A DNA stretch of 64,000 bases from Anthoceros angustus. Lineage: Eukaryota > Plantae > Anthocerotophyta. Under the pieces are notes generated by a model that searched no databases, was not told the origin of the DNA, and saw only the letters and a list, made by a program, of their open reading frames with translations. Shown in pieces: positions 25,601-37,063 of the stretch. Position 1 is the stretch's first letter; each line of letters begins with the position of its first letter. The stretch covers positions 186,001 through 250,000 of the forward strand of contig MU008197.1 of NCBI GenBank assembly GCA_010909165.1, in the 5' to 3' direction. The position numbers and the translations under genes are program-made.

Positions 25601-26399
25601 TCGGTTCTTTGGCTACCTCGTGTACATGGTGCGGACCGCGTGCAAGTGTCATGCCCCATGGCCGTGGCCACAATTGCACACGCCCTTGGCGGCCGGATGG
25701 ACGGGCGGCGTGTGGCAAGATGCGCCGGCTCATCGTTCTTGAGGAAGGCCTTCAAGGCGGACATGAAAGCGTGCTACCGGAGGTGATGGGTGTGTTGTCT
25801 ATCTTTGAAGAAGGCCTCATGGGCAAGTGCGGACCGGCGATGCGGCCATCAAGGAGGCCGTTGCCCTCATCACGGCCGGGATCCGGAGTTTTTCGACATT
25901 TTGCACGCCGCCCGGGACCGCAGCTTGGCATGGAGGTGAGCATGGTCCGTGAGAGGCTAACCGAGGAGGTCTTGTTTAAAAGTGCTTGCATGTTGGGGGC
26001 TTGTGGACGGGTTCGGACTTGTGGTGCAGCTTGGGCCTTTCGGGCGGTGATGCCCATTGTGAACACGTTATCTTTGAGGTGGTCGCTTTTTCTCCGGTGC
26101 TCAAGGATGTACAGATAACTTCCGAACGGACGACCTTTGAGGCATGCACCCACAGTGAAGACCATGTTCGCCGCGACGCGTGAGGTTGTCTTTGCGACGA
26201 GGCGGTACACCTTCATTACGGACCGCGTGTTCTTTGGTGAGGGGCGCCAATTGTGGTGTTTGAAGTACCATTGATGACGGAGGACAGCCTCCCCAGCCAT
26301 GACGCAGCCGGGACATTGCTCCTTCCATTGTATGACTCGAGGACACTATGTGCGCGGTCTTGTGCCATTTCTCACAACACGGTTTATGGCATGGCCTAG
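22700..26399 (+). pseudogene. HECT-type E3 ubiquitin ligase-like gene, frameshifted (HECT ~25350-26399; 5' limit uncertain)
   Basis: C-terminus FITD..EDSLPSHDAAGTLLLPLYDSRTLCARSCAISHNTVYGMA* matches the HECT C-lobe pattern. N-lobe-like ETVDLG..NPMF..VFE and ARFFGYLVY lie about 300-350 codons upstream. Confidence 0.65.
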
Positions 26400-27112
26400 C
26401 GAGATTGCCGAGCCATTGTAGAGGTGGCCAAGTCGTTGTGTGATGTGTGATGTTCGATTGGGATTGTGGACTACATGTTTCAAATGCCATCCCATTGGTA
26501 ATTATTGATGAGTTGCAAGTTGCGTGTTCATTGGTCATTGTTTGTGAGTATGTGGGGCGAAGGAGGTAGCTTGTGCACACAAAAGGAGGCGAATTAATGC
26601 ACCCGCGTCGAGAAGGACAACGTGGCGGCGCGTGCGAATCTTAAAGTGTGGCGGAGGAGCAATGACATCGCGCCTCTGCGGGTGCCTCCGAAAAATCGCG
26701 ATGCCCGCCCTATTCAATTTCAAGCGGAAGGGGAAGAGTCCATGCGCGCCGCCGTTGTAGGGAGACTCCATTCTCCTGCGACCGAGTTGTGGAAATCGTG
26801 GAGCCATGGCCGGGTCATCGGGCAGAGCAGGACCACCGTTTCCGACGACGCCGGAGGGCGCGACAACGGAAGTCGACGAAAACTTGTGGGTGAAGGGACA
26901 TCGTGAACTTGAATCGCGGTCCGGGGGGCAAGACCCGTGAGAGCGGGCGTGAATAGTTGGGGTTGGGCGGAGGGGGCGGCTAAGGAAAGGAGGGGGGGAA
27001 ATCATTGAGCATGGAACGAAGAAGGCGGCGGTGGCTCGATGCGCGGTTGTTTTGCGGATGGGGCCACAGCAAAGCGCGGATCCGTTGGGCGGAGCGAGCG
27101 AGGACACGGGCG

Positions 27113-27885
27113 TGGGCGGCGATGGCGGCGAGCGCGTTCCAGGTGATGACGAGCGTCGACATCATCGCCGTCCATGCCGGTGTTCGCGCTTGCCGGACGA
27201 CATTCGCACGTCTGCATAGCGGATGGGGGGACATGGTGGCGCATGTCTTGAGGTGGAGGAGACAAGGGCTGCGGGCTTGGACTCGTGGGTGGTTTTGGTG
27301 CACGGATGGAACCATGCCGGTGGAGGATGCTCCGATGAGAGGTGGGCAATGCAGTTGTGGACGGGGGTTGCGGCACATGCACCGAGGGTATCTATTTCAG
27401 CACATGGACACATTTGAAGTGCGGAGGCTGCGAAGAACAAGGAGCCTCGCCACGCGGATTGGTGGGTTGGGGCGGGTCCAACACGGAAGGAGAAGGGATG
27501 CGGCGATGGCGGCGAGCGCGTTCCAGGTGATGACGAGCGTCGACATCATCGCCGTCCATGCCGGTGTTCGCGCTTGCCGGACGACATTCGCACGCGTCTG
27601 CGGATGGGGGGACATGGTGGCGCATGTCTTGAGGGAGGAGACAAGGGCTGCGGGCTTGGACTCGTGGGTGGTTTTGGTGCGTGCAGGATGGAACCATGCA
27701 GTGGAGGATGCTCCGGATGAGAGGTGGGCAATGCAGTTGTGGACGGCGGGGTTGCGGCACATGCAGGGTATCTATTTCAGCACATGGACACATTTGAATT
27801 GCGGAGGCTGCGAAGAACAAGGAGCCTCGGCACGGATTGGTGGGTTGGGGCGGGTCCACGGAAGGAGAAGGGATGCGAAGGCGAT
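27113..27885 (+). repeat. Imperfect tandem duplication, ~385 bp x2
   Basis: ASAFQVMTSVDIIAVHAGVRACRTTFAR occurs twice in ORF 27005-28297. Confidence 0.9.
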
Positions 27886-28889
27886 GGAGTTGGCCGCCGC
27901 TCAAGAGTGCAATGGTGGTGTGGTGAGGCGGATGCAATGTGGTCGCCGCTTTGGTGACGATGGTCGACCGGTGTACGTGGGTGGGTTCGATCGCGGACCC
28001 ACGTGTACCATGCGACGGTGGTGGACACGATTCACCGAATCTGGATCGCCATGCACGAAAAGGAGCATGCGCGCACCGCAAAGGGCGCGGGTGCCGGTGG
28101 AGTGGGGATGTGACACTGGTGCATCGTGTATGGACCGCCAGCAGTTCCCGCTTAGATGTGTGGACCGGGCAGCGGGACTACATGGGCATGTTGGCGATGG
28201 CCTGCAGCGATCGGCAGGGCCGAATGACAATTGCCCGCGCGGAGTCGACGACGGGGGTGCCGCCGGTCTGGCAATGTCGGTTGCCGTTTCTCCTTGACAA
28301 CCAGGATGCGTATGTGTTGTACGTGGACAAGGCTGTGAGCTTCTTTGCCGAAGAGGAGGCATTGCAGGCTGCTCACGTCATCCTCGAGCACTGCGCAGTA
28401 TATGGGAGCCCGAAATTCCCGAGTGTTGGGGGGCTGCTACAAAGAGTCTCGTGTTTCTCTTCAACGTGCACACACCGCGTCCTATCACCGAGAGTTGTGG
28501 GGTGGAAAGGCGAGGAATAATGGTGGGCCGAGGTAAAACATTGTATCGTGGATTTGTGGAAAGAAGCAAGGTACGCATCAATGTCCTAAGGCATGGGGGG
28601 GCAACCCAAAGCGTTCAAGTGAATAAGGCACATGACGCTCATTTCATGAAACAGGCCGGTGGCGTGAAAGCGGAATTATTCGACATGGGGCCGAGATGAG
28701 GAAACCACGCATTGTCGATGGAACAAGTGGCGTGCTCGGTCAACCCGACCGCTCCAGTGAATCCCCGGAGACCGCGCAACGGCGAGGACAGGCTGTGGGG
28801 AGGATAGGCCTGAGTACGCCAAACACCCGCATGATCATGGGGACGCCGAGAACGGCGGGGTTGGGTTCGCCTGCATGGCGGATCTGATT

Positions 28890-29420
28890 GATGGCGCGGA
28901 GGAGGGGCGGGCGGGCGGAGGAGGGCGGAGGCGGAGGCGGTGTGGGGAAGGAGGGAGATGAGGGTGATGACGAGGGCGGGTGGATGGCGGGCGTGAACGG
29001 GGCCTGGACGATGGGGTTGGATGGAGGGGCGGAGGGGCGGGGCGAGCGGAGGCGGGAGGAGGAGAGGCGGAGGCGGGGCGGAGGGAGGGGCGGTGGGCGG
29101 GGCCGGGCGCGGGTGGGAGGAAGGAGGAGGGGGCGAGGCGGTGTCTGGGAGGCGGGCGGGGCGGGGCGGGCGGGGCCGGAGGGGAGGCGGAGGCGGGCGG
29201 GAGGAGGCGGAGGGGCGGAGGCGGAGGCGGGGCAGGAGGCGGGCGGGGCAGGGGGCCTGAGGCAATGAGAGGATGGCGAGGCGGAGGGGCGGGCCGAGGC
29301 GCGGGTGGAGTGGGTGGCGGAGGGAGATGGGCGTCTGCAAGGGGAGGGGGGGAGATGGAGGGGCCGAGGCGCGAGAGGACGGAGGGGGATCCGATGGAGG
29401 AAGGGAGGAAAGCGAAGTGT
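28890..29420. repeat. G-rich low-complexity tract
   Basis: Runs of ggcg/ggag/gggg with almost no T. Confidence 0.8.
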
Positions 29421-29599
29421 CGGAGGTGGAGGCGATCACGAGCCCTCCGACATCAAAACAGAGGGCGGGAGAGGGAAGGGAACGTCGGCAGCCGCCTTCA
29501 AGTGGAGACTTTGAGGAACATCGCAGAGGGGCGGAGGAGGGCGGACATTGAAAGGGCTCGCAGCGAGCCGGGATGTGCACCGCGGACGCTGAGGAGGTG

Positions 29600-31036
29600 G
29601 CCGCACGGTGCCCGGGATGGAGAGGTCGCCACGCCGGGTCCGAGAACAATAGAAGACGTCTGCAACCTCATCCTACAAAATGTCTCCATCACGCGGCAGG
29701 GTGTGAACTGGGGAGTGAGGATTGTGCAAAGATCGGGCCACGGCCGTGCCTGTGAGGTGTGACGGCAAAGATTGCGAGCCATGCAGCCGGAGGCCATGGA
29801 AATGAGGTCGCAGCTGCGCATTCGGCGGGGTGCAATACGTAATAACCGATGTACATGTGGCACATGGATCGTGGAGTGTGCGGAACTTGGAGCACATGGT
29901 GGTCGCTGAGTAGATAGCCGCAGCAGACAACGCATGCAAGCTAACGGTGCGAGAGCCGCAGCACACACAAGATGTACATGTTCCACTTCAGGGTGCACGC
30001 GGCCATAGATGGGGCCACGCACTACATAACGTGGGCGGTGCTGGAGGACAACAAGCGGGCAGGAACAATCTACAAGGCGTACGCGGAGGCGGTGCGGAGG
30101 TTTGGGCACCCGCAGCGGATTCGGTCCGATTTCGCTGCGGAGCACAACCTAGTTGAGGAGGACCTGAACCAGGCGAGGCCGCGAGAGAACGGTAGGAACT
30201 TCATTCGGGGGCCATCGGTGCACAATCAGGTAAGGTGGATACTGGATGTCATGTGAAGGGGATTTGCCGCAATGTGCTTCACGAATGCGGCTGCGGAACT
30301 TCCGGAGGCGGAGGGAGATGGGGCAACGCACTACATAACGCGTGGTTGGTGGGTGGAGTGCGTGGGTGTGAGGCGCGATCGAGCACTTCCGGAGGAGGCG
30401 GAGGGAGATGGAGGGGCGGTGGGGCTGCATAAGAGGTACATGTTGGAGCCGCAGGATGCCGTGAGTTGGATACCACGAACCCTTGGCACATACATTCCTT
30501 GCACGCAGATTCATGCCCACCATGAGGATGACAGAGCCACTGCTCGGGTGTGGAACTTGCATGTGGTGAGGAAAATGAGGTCGGAGGCGATGACATAGCT
30601 GGCCACGTCCCGCGGAGGCCTTCCAGAGGAGGAGGGGCGGGCCGGCCGGTAGGGCCGCCCGCATATGGGGTAGACGAGGAGGGCGACAACGACTACTATG
30701 TCCCGGACCACAAGACGCTCAATGTTGCACCGGAGGTGCCACCGCCTCCGATAGCATTGCCGACAGGGTAAGTGAACGCCACCAAGACCGTCTGAATGTG
30801 AACACCAGCACGATGACGACAAATGTTTTGTGTAGGACATGCAAGTGGCGAGGACATGGCGACGAGGTGCTTGAAGTGTACAAATTACCTCCGGACATGT
30901 ATCGCTCGTGACAGAGCGTGATGTACAAGTTGTATTGCGCGACGGGGATCCCTCCGCAGGAGATGGTGTGGGAGTGGAATGCGACTGGCACATGTGGACA
31001 TGGAGAGCCCTTAACCTCTTGACGCTTTTCATATGA
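29600..31036 (+). CDS. DDE transposase, IS3/IS481-like integrase core; intron-containing, with apparent frameshifts
   Basis: Reads RLRAMQPEAMEMRSQLRIRR..MYMWHMD, then THKMYMFHFRVHAAIDGATHYITW..DNKRAGTIYKAYAEAVRRFGHPQRIRSDFAAEH..FIRGPSVHNQ, then IEHF..WNLHVVR. Splice donor GT at 30230 and an intron at 30768-30835. Confidence 0.85.
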
Positions 31037-31736
31037 GGTGCGTCGCGGGTGGCACGGGGCGGACTAGGGGCGGGCCGTAGTGCAAGCGGGGAGACAATGA
31101 CATGGATAGGGAAGGCGACGGGACAGGGCATCACCGATAGGATAGAAACGTGAGGGCCGAGGGGCCACCGCGTGGACACATGACACAGGGCTCATGGAAT
31201 AGCCTCCGGCCCAAAGAACCGCTGGGTCCACCGCAAGGCATGGGCGAGACATTCCACAAGTTACATCACGACCTTCCGAGAATGGTGGAGGAAAATTGTG
31301 GAGACGCGTGTCGGAATCACCTTTGTGTGTAACCGCATTCCCCTTTAAGTGGAGGCAGCAGCTATCAAATCGACGAACCTCTGTGAAGAGCGAGTTCCGC
31401 GGACCCAAATCACACTGAAAGAAGGCAGCCTGTATGGGTTGTCAATGACGCACATGGAAAGCTGGGGCAAAAGCCGGGGGCAGGGGTTGACAAGGCGAAG
31501 GGAGAATGGAAAAGCGGGCCAAAATATAGGCACGAGGGAACACGATGCGCGGCGGCAAGCATGAACCGAGGGCCAAGTTGAAAACGTGGGCATGATATCC
31601 GCCGAGTGGTGAGAATAAACCAAGAGGGAAGCGTCAAAATTTGGTCAAGTCAAACTGTGGGAAGCGGTCAAGACACCTACAAATCTAAACCGTAAAGGCC
31701 TCAGACATCAAGTCCTATCAAAACCCTCGCCCATGC

Positions 31737-32480
31737 CTAAAGCACATGACCACGCCCAACCCCATGATCACCGCCCTCGATGATGTAGAGGTCGCTCATC
31801 TCCTCCCACAAGACATGGTTGGCGTCGTCCAATTCGTAGAAGGCGTTGAGATGAAATCCGGGAGGGGCGATAGGCCGAGGCCGCCTGCAGCTGTGAGTCA
31901 AGCCGTCGGAGTGAAACTTGGCCATCCACGGCTTGAAGTCCTCCGGTGACTCGGTGCTTGGACCGCGAGGCCTCGCAGGATCGTTAGGACCCAATGGCCA
32001 CCCATCAAAATGGGTATGCATGAAATAGTGCGCTCACTGGAAGGCACTCAGAGGGAAGTCCGTGTCCAAATACACTGCGACCACGCCCTCACCAAAAGAA
32101 CTTCAAGTCCAAGGGTAGTTCTCTATGTGGCGATGAGGTCGCTAGGTCCTCCGCAGTCGCAAAAGCGCATCAAGCTCCTCGAGGACAAAGGATGCATTGG
32201 CTTCTTGGGGTCATAAGACCAGAAACAACTCACTCCACATATTAGGATCGGGTGAGCTCGGAGGAGATCGTGGAACCCTCCTCCTCCACACATGCGCCGC
32301 AGGGCCGCGCTGCCCCGGCATGTGAGGAGGAGAGGGTGGGCGGTGCACGCCATCCCGCCCACAACCGCAGAAGCCTACAATACTCGCAGGGCACGTACCA
32401 TCTCGCGGTCACCGCTTGCAAAGAAATGAGCATCAAACAATTCGGCATCACCATGGGCGGAAGGAATGGGGCGAGGTTAG
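31737..32480 (-). pseudogene. Orphan frameshifted ORF inside the transposon
   Basis: Fragments ARWYVPCEYCRLLRLW, LMRFCDCGG and FKPWMAKFHSDGL..FHLNAFYELDDANHVLWEEMSDLYIIEG. No family recognised. Confidence 0.4.
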
Positions 32481-32509
32481 TTGCGGCTTGGTGCAAGGAT
32501 GGGGAGGGC

Positions 32510-33155
32510 ATCACCGCCTCGCCCGCCTCGCCCGCCGCCTGCCGCCCGCCCGCCCGCCTCCGTCCCTCGCCGCCCGCCGCCCCGCTGGCCCCTCGCCGCC
32601 CGCACCGCCTTCCTCCGCCTCCCGGCCTTCCCGCCTTGCCCGCCTTGCCTCGCCCGCCTCGCCCGCCTCTCGCCCGCCTCTCCTTGCTGCGGTGGCCGCC
32701 TCCGTCCGTCACCCAGTGAAGGCCCGCCGCCTCGCCCGCCTCGCCCGCCTGCCGCCCGCCCGCCCGCCTGAGTCCTCGCCCGCCCGCCCGCCCGCCCGCC
32801 TCGCCGCCACCGCAGCCCTCCTCCGCCTCCCGGCCTTCCCGCCTTGCCCGCCGCCCGCACCGCCTTCCTCCGCCCGCCCGCCGCCGCCCGCCGCCCGCCG
32901 CCGCCGCTCGCCGCCGCCCGCCGCCTCGCCCGCCTGCGGTGGCCGGGCTCGCCCGCCGCCCGCCCGCCCGCCCGACCACAATGAGGGCGCCTGCCGCCCG
33001 CCTGCCGCCCGCCGCCTCGAGGCGCCGCGGCTCGCCGCCGCTCGACACGCCCGCCGCCGCCTGCCCCGCCCGCCCGCCGCCTCCGCCTCCGCCTTGCCCG
33101 CCTCGCCGCCCGCCGCCGCCCGCCGCCGCCTCGCCCGCCGCCGCCGCCCCGCCAA
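32510..33155. repeat. C-rich (CCG/CCCG)n low-complexity repeat
   Basis: Reiterated cgcccgccgcctcgcc units. Confidence 0.85.
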
Positions 33156-33424
33156 ATCGCTTGCCCTAAACCCCTGCCCTAAACCATGCCGCTCCACCCT
33201 CTTAGCACATGAACCCTAAAACGGCATGTGGCTTGCCTATGAGGCCCACCGGACCCTAAACAGAACGCGCATGAACAATAATTTTTGTTCGCGTGGGAGA
33301 AAACACATAGAGTGCGCGAAAAACCCTAAAGTTCCCTTTATGAAATGTGACCGCATGCTTTGGTGCGTCCCTTTGGGCTACCCCATTTCGGGTTACCAAA
33401 CCGACACCAAAAGTTTTATGGAAG

Positions 33425-33466
33425 AAAAAATGTCCGTCTCCGTCTCTTTGGTATGCCATAGGCGCC
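33425..33466 (-). repeat. Right TIR (to 33460) and right TSD (GGCGCC, 33461-33466)
   Basis: Reverse complement reads TATGGCATACCAAAGAGACGGAGACGGACATTTTTT; flanked by GGCGCC. Confidence 0.9.
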
Positions 33467-33858
33467 TACCCTTTTGTCGTGCTGGTTGTGAAAGGCAGGG
33501 CCAGGACTCTACGACATAGCTATGTATGTTTACACATAATTTTTGATTGCTTAAGCAAAAATCATAAACTGATAAAAAAAAATTCTAGAAAACAATCCAG
33601 TTCTGGTTTCGAAGAAGAAGAAGAAGAATTTTATTTAAGTCCACTAAGGACGGATTTTCGTCATGGGACTTGTACTTGGGCCAAGGGCATCCACTCCCTT
33701 TAGGCACCCCATCTAAGTACCGATGAAAGCTCAGGATGCTCAATCACGACGTTCTTATAAATGTGTGTCCATTTGGCCTAAGCCATTTGGACACACATAG
33801 TCTATACGCGCTCCCTTGGGTGCGAGCCCATGGCAATTTTGACGAAAGCAACCTGACA

Positions 33859-34407
33859 TCACGCTGTGGTATTGCGTGCAATTTTGATGTGTTGGTGCTC
33901 GGCGAAGTCGGTGTTGAGGGCGGGGCCAAGGCTGGGAGGCAGGCCGAGCGGGGTCTGCAGGCTGCCGTTGCCGGTGTTGGTGGCCCAGTGGGCGGTGCCC
34001 AGCGCGTTGTAGAGCACCACATTGCCGTCGCACTGGAGGATGAGGATCTTGGGGCCGTCGACGAGAACCGCAGTACCGGTCTGGAAGACGGCGGTGCCGG
34101 CGGACGTGTAGAGGACGGCGTTACCGTCGCTCTGCAGCAGGAAGTAGCAAGCGGTGCCGAGGCCATTGGTGTTGGAGGCCCAGATGGCTCCGTCCCCGTC
34201 CGGGTTGGGGTCGGTGCCGAAGTACAGCACCAGGTTGCAGTCGTCTTGCATGACGAAGATGTAGTCGCCCTCCGTGAGGCGGGAGCCGGCCGCCAGGTAG
34301 TAGCCTTGCAACAGCGTGTTCCATCCTGCCACCGGCGCCGCCCCCTGCATCGCCAGCAGGATCGCCAATGCTGCTGCGCAAGCGAGCTTGTATGAGAATC
34401 CCCCCAT
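33859..34407 (-). CDS. Secreted bulb-type (GNA / B-lectin) mannose-binding lectin, intronless, 182 aa
   Basis: Signal peptide, three QxDxNxVxY sites (QDDCNLVLY, QSDGNAVLY, QCDGNVVLY) and WASNT/WATNT motifs. Confidence 0.93.
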   Translation of the reverse strand: MGGFSYKLACAAALAILLAMQGAAPVAGWNTLLQGYYLAAGSRLTEGDYIFVMQDDCNLVLYFGTDPNPDGDGAIWASNTNGLGTACYFLLQSDGNAVLYTSAGTAVFQTGTAVLVDGPKILILQCDGNVVLYNALGTAHWATNTGNGSLQTPLGLPPSLGPALNTDFAEHQHIKIARNTTA

Positions 34408-34951
34408 TTTGGGACCCTCGCCGGCGCCCACTTGGAGAAATTTACAGTCCGGGTGCTGCTGCCTCGGTTTATATCTTCACGATCCGGAGCAGCGCAGTCT
34501 CTCAACAGACACGCAGCCTGCATTATTGTTCTTGTAGCAATCTAAGAAAGAAATTCATGTGAGCTCTCTTCTCAGCTACTCCGAGCTTGTCGTTGCGCGA
34601 GCTCTTGTCCTTAACCTTCAATCATCTGGTTATTCTATACTGCAGGCACCTTGTCGTCTGAGTCCCTCCAAGGTAGACTGAGGATATCCGCTTCTCTGAA
34701 CTGGGTGGATATGTTGATATGTTGGTTACCAGGATGCTGCTCTGGCGTCCATGCGAGACATGCTCTGTCCTGGAATGAGTAGCCTACCTAAATGTATTTG
34801 GATGACCTGTGCTGCTTCCAGGACGATGAAAGGAGATCAAAATAGGCCAGACACAAGTGTGGCCTCTTGGGCTGTTGCCACGTGGTGTTGAAGGCGGATA
34901 GGCTTTGTCCTCTGCGAGCAGGTGATACTGAGCCTGAGGGGGCAAAGCAAC

Positions 34952-36557
34952 ATGGCTGCGAGCGTGGGGATGGCAGGCCATGCCTGCGCCATCGCTCTGG
35001 GACGGAATCGTGCTACTGGGTCATGCAGCACTTCGAGCCTCGCATCCTGCTCTCCATTCCGTACAGGACTTGCGTTTGGAGGGGGCAAGGGATGGGGAGT
35101 TGGGTTGCGCACGGATGCGAGGCTCAGAGTGCACTTGGTGCGGGCCATGGCCAGTTCGGGAGATGCGGATGTGCCAGAGGTGAGCGAAATGGGTGTGTGT
35201 GTGTTCAGTTGGGTCATGGAACTGCAACGTTGCGCAGGATGGTGAATGTGACTTTGCACTGACTATGTTGCAGCGATGCAGGCTACTGGTGCGGTTGGGG
35301 TGAGGAAACGACAGTATTCCTTGCCTGGTAGCAAGGAGGAGAGTGTGGAGCAGGTGGGTATGGCAGAGATTTTGGAATGCTACGTTTGTTAGAGGACTGG
35401 AGGCCGCTGGGTCACCGCGGTGGTGGATTTTGCGTGCAGGCGAGGATGGCTTGCAGGCAAGCCATTCGGAATGGAGAGACAAGGCTCCAGCTGGAACTGT
35501 TGCTGCCGCTGATCGGGGCCACGGATCTCGATGATTGGCCGGTAAGTATCCAGCTTGCTCCTGAAGCTTCTGGGAGGATGAGGAGCAGTTGTTTGGAGTT
35601 TCAATGCCGGATGCGTCTTGACACCGGATTTGAACTTGACTGGAGCGTGCGGCAGCGGCTGCCTGGTGTCTTGTGAAAGCAGGGCGGGATCCAGCAGCAG
35701 TTCAAGGCTGCAGCACCGATGGTGTCCTCCTTGCTGTCTGGCCTTCTGGATGACGGCCCAAGTGCGGGAGAAGATGGAGGCCGCCGGAAGTATATCATAG
35801 CCGACGAAGATGCGGTCGCGGCTTGGGAGAGTGACAGTGTAGAATCAAGGGCCCTACCTGTCATGATGTAACACGCGGGTCCCTGGCACGTCCTGTGCCA
35901 TTGCATTTGCTGATTGTTTGTTTTGCTGCCTGTAGATTGCTTTGGTGCTGTTCCCCACGGCGGAGTCTCTGTCCAAAGTAGAGGCCTTAGCCAGAGTGGA
36001 GAATCGCCCTTTGCTGCTCATGAATGCACAATGGCAAAGTGGGCAGGTGTGTGGTGGATCTTTGACTACCCCAAGTTGTCCTCTTCCTCTCCTTCTTGCT
36101 ATCTACTGCGTTTTCTCGAGCTCCACGCTTAGCAGGATGTTTGGAAATGCCTGCAGGTAATCTCTGACTTTGGGTTTGGTGCTCGTCGGAAAGAGAGGGA
36201 GCGCTTTGTTGCGAACTTCGTGCCAGTTTACGTCTTGAAACAACTGAGAATCCTTGGGGAGGATGTGCGACTGTTGAGGCAGTACCCCGGGGACTGGCAG
36301 GTTGGGTCCCAAGCCCTCAAGCCAGTATTTCAAGCATGCTGCGTGTGTGCAGAATCCTGATGCCTCGTCTCGTGCAGGTGTTTGTGGTGGATGCAGCAGG
36401 AGGCAGCGAATGTGTCGCGACCGAGCCTGAGAAACCTTCCTACAGCAGACTGCAGGAGATCTTGAAGAGCAGGAAAGGATCCAACGCACAAAAAGGCTGG
36501 TTGGACAGGCTGCTTGGTGAACTCAAATTCAACCAGGACTCTTTGAAAAGGGATTGA
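34952..36557 (+). CDS. DUF1995-family putative chloroplast protein (multi-exon)
   Basis: Transit-like N-terminus, then RLQLELLLPLIGATDLDDWP/GGIQQQF, LVLFPTAESL, RPLLLMNAQW, SDFGFG, LLRQYPGDWQ and EKPSY. Stop at 36557. Confidence 0.8.
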
Positions 36558-37063
36558 GCTTCAAGCCAATTTTGTAAGAGTGTATGGGTAGCATGTCGAG
36601 TCTTCGCCTCTACTGGTAGGTTTCAACCTTGCTTGGAGTTCCAATGGTGGGTGAGTACTGGATTCGATTCCGAGGTTGACTCCCCCCCAGCTTGCAGCAG
36701 CGTGTCCCTCATGTCCCATGAAAACAGAAGCGGGATTGTCTGGCCAGTGGACGAGCACGACACCATCTCGTGCTTCTCCCGATGACCCAAGGGATCGCCT
36801 CTTCCCCTGATGCGCATGTACTTTCTTGCAAATCCTTGTGTTGGTAGGCAGAATGCCCTGCAGAGTACTGTTTCGCACGGCGGAATCTCTGTGCAAACTT
36901 GAGGCATCAGCCATCCTTCCTGCTGCATTTTTCGAGATCTCGTACTACACGCTTAGTAGGTTAGCAGTATGGGTTGGAGGTGCAACGGGTGTCTGGCATC
37001 GGGTATGGTGATATAGGAGGCTGTTTGTTGCGTGCTTCGCGACGGTCTACTTCTTGAGACTAC

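Larger units (their letters stand above)
12097..33460 (+). mobile_element. 21.4-kb IS3EU-like DNA transposon (TIRs, 6-bp TSD, DDE transposase, HECT gene)
   Basis: Left end ggcgcc|TATGGCATACCAAAGGGACAGAGGGATGGGACATTTTT. Right end AAAAATGTCCGTCTCCGTCTCTTTGGTATGCCATA|ggcgcc. An integrase-type transposase lies at about 29.6-31.0 kb. Confidence 0.85.

Noticed and set aside
29600-31036. LTR-retrotransposon or Ginger-type integrase
   Set aside because: No adjacent RT, RNase H, LTR or HHCC finger, no TGT..ACA ends, and the gene contains introns.
12079-33481. CACTA/Transib-like element with CACGAC..GTCGTG ends
   Set aside because: No matching 3- or 5-bp TSD (ctc vs ctg). The TATGG..CCATA ends give a perfect 6-bp TSD and fit the transposase type.
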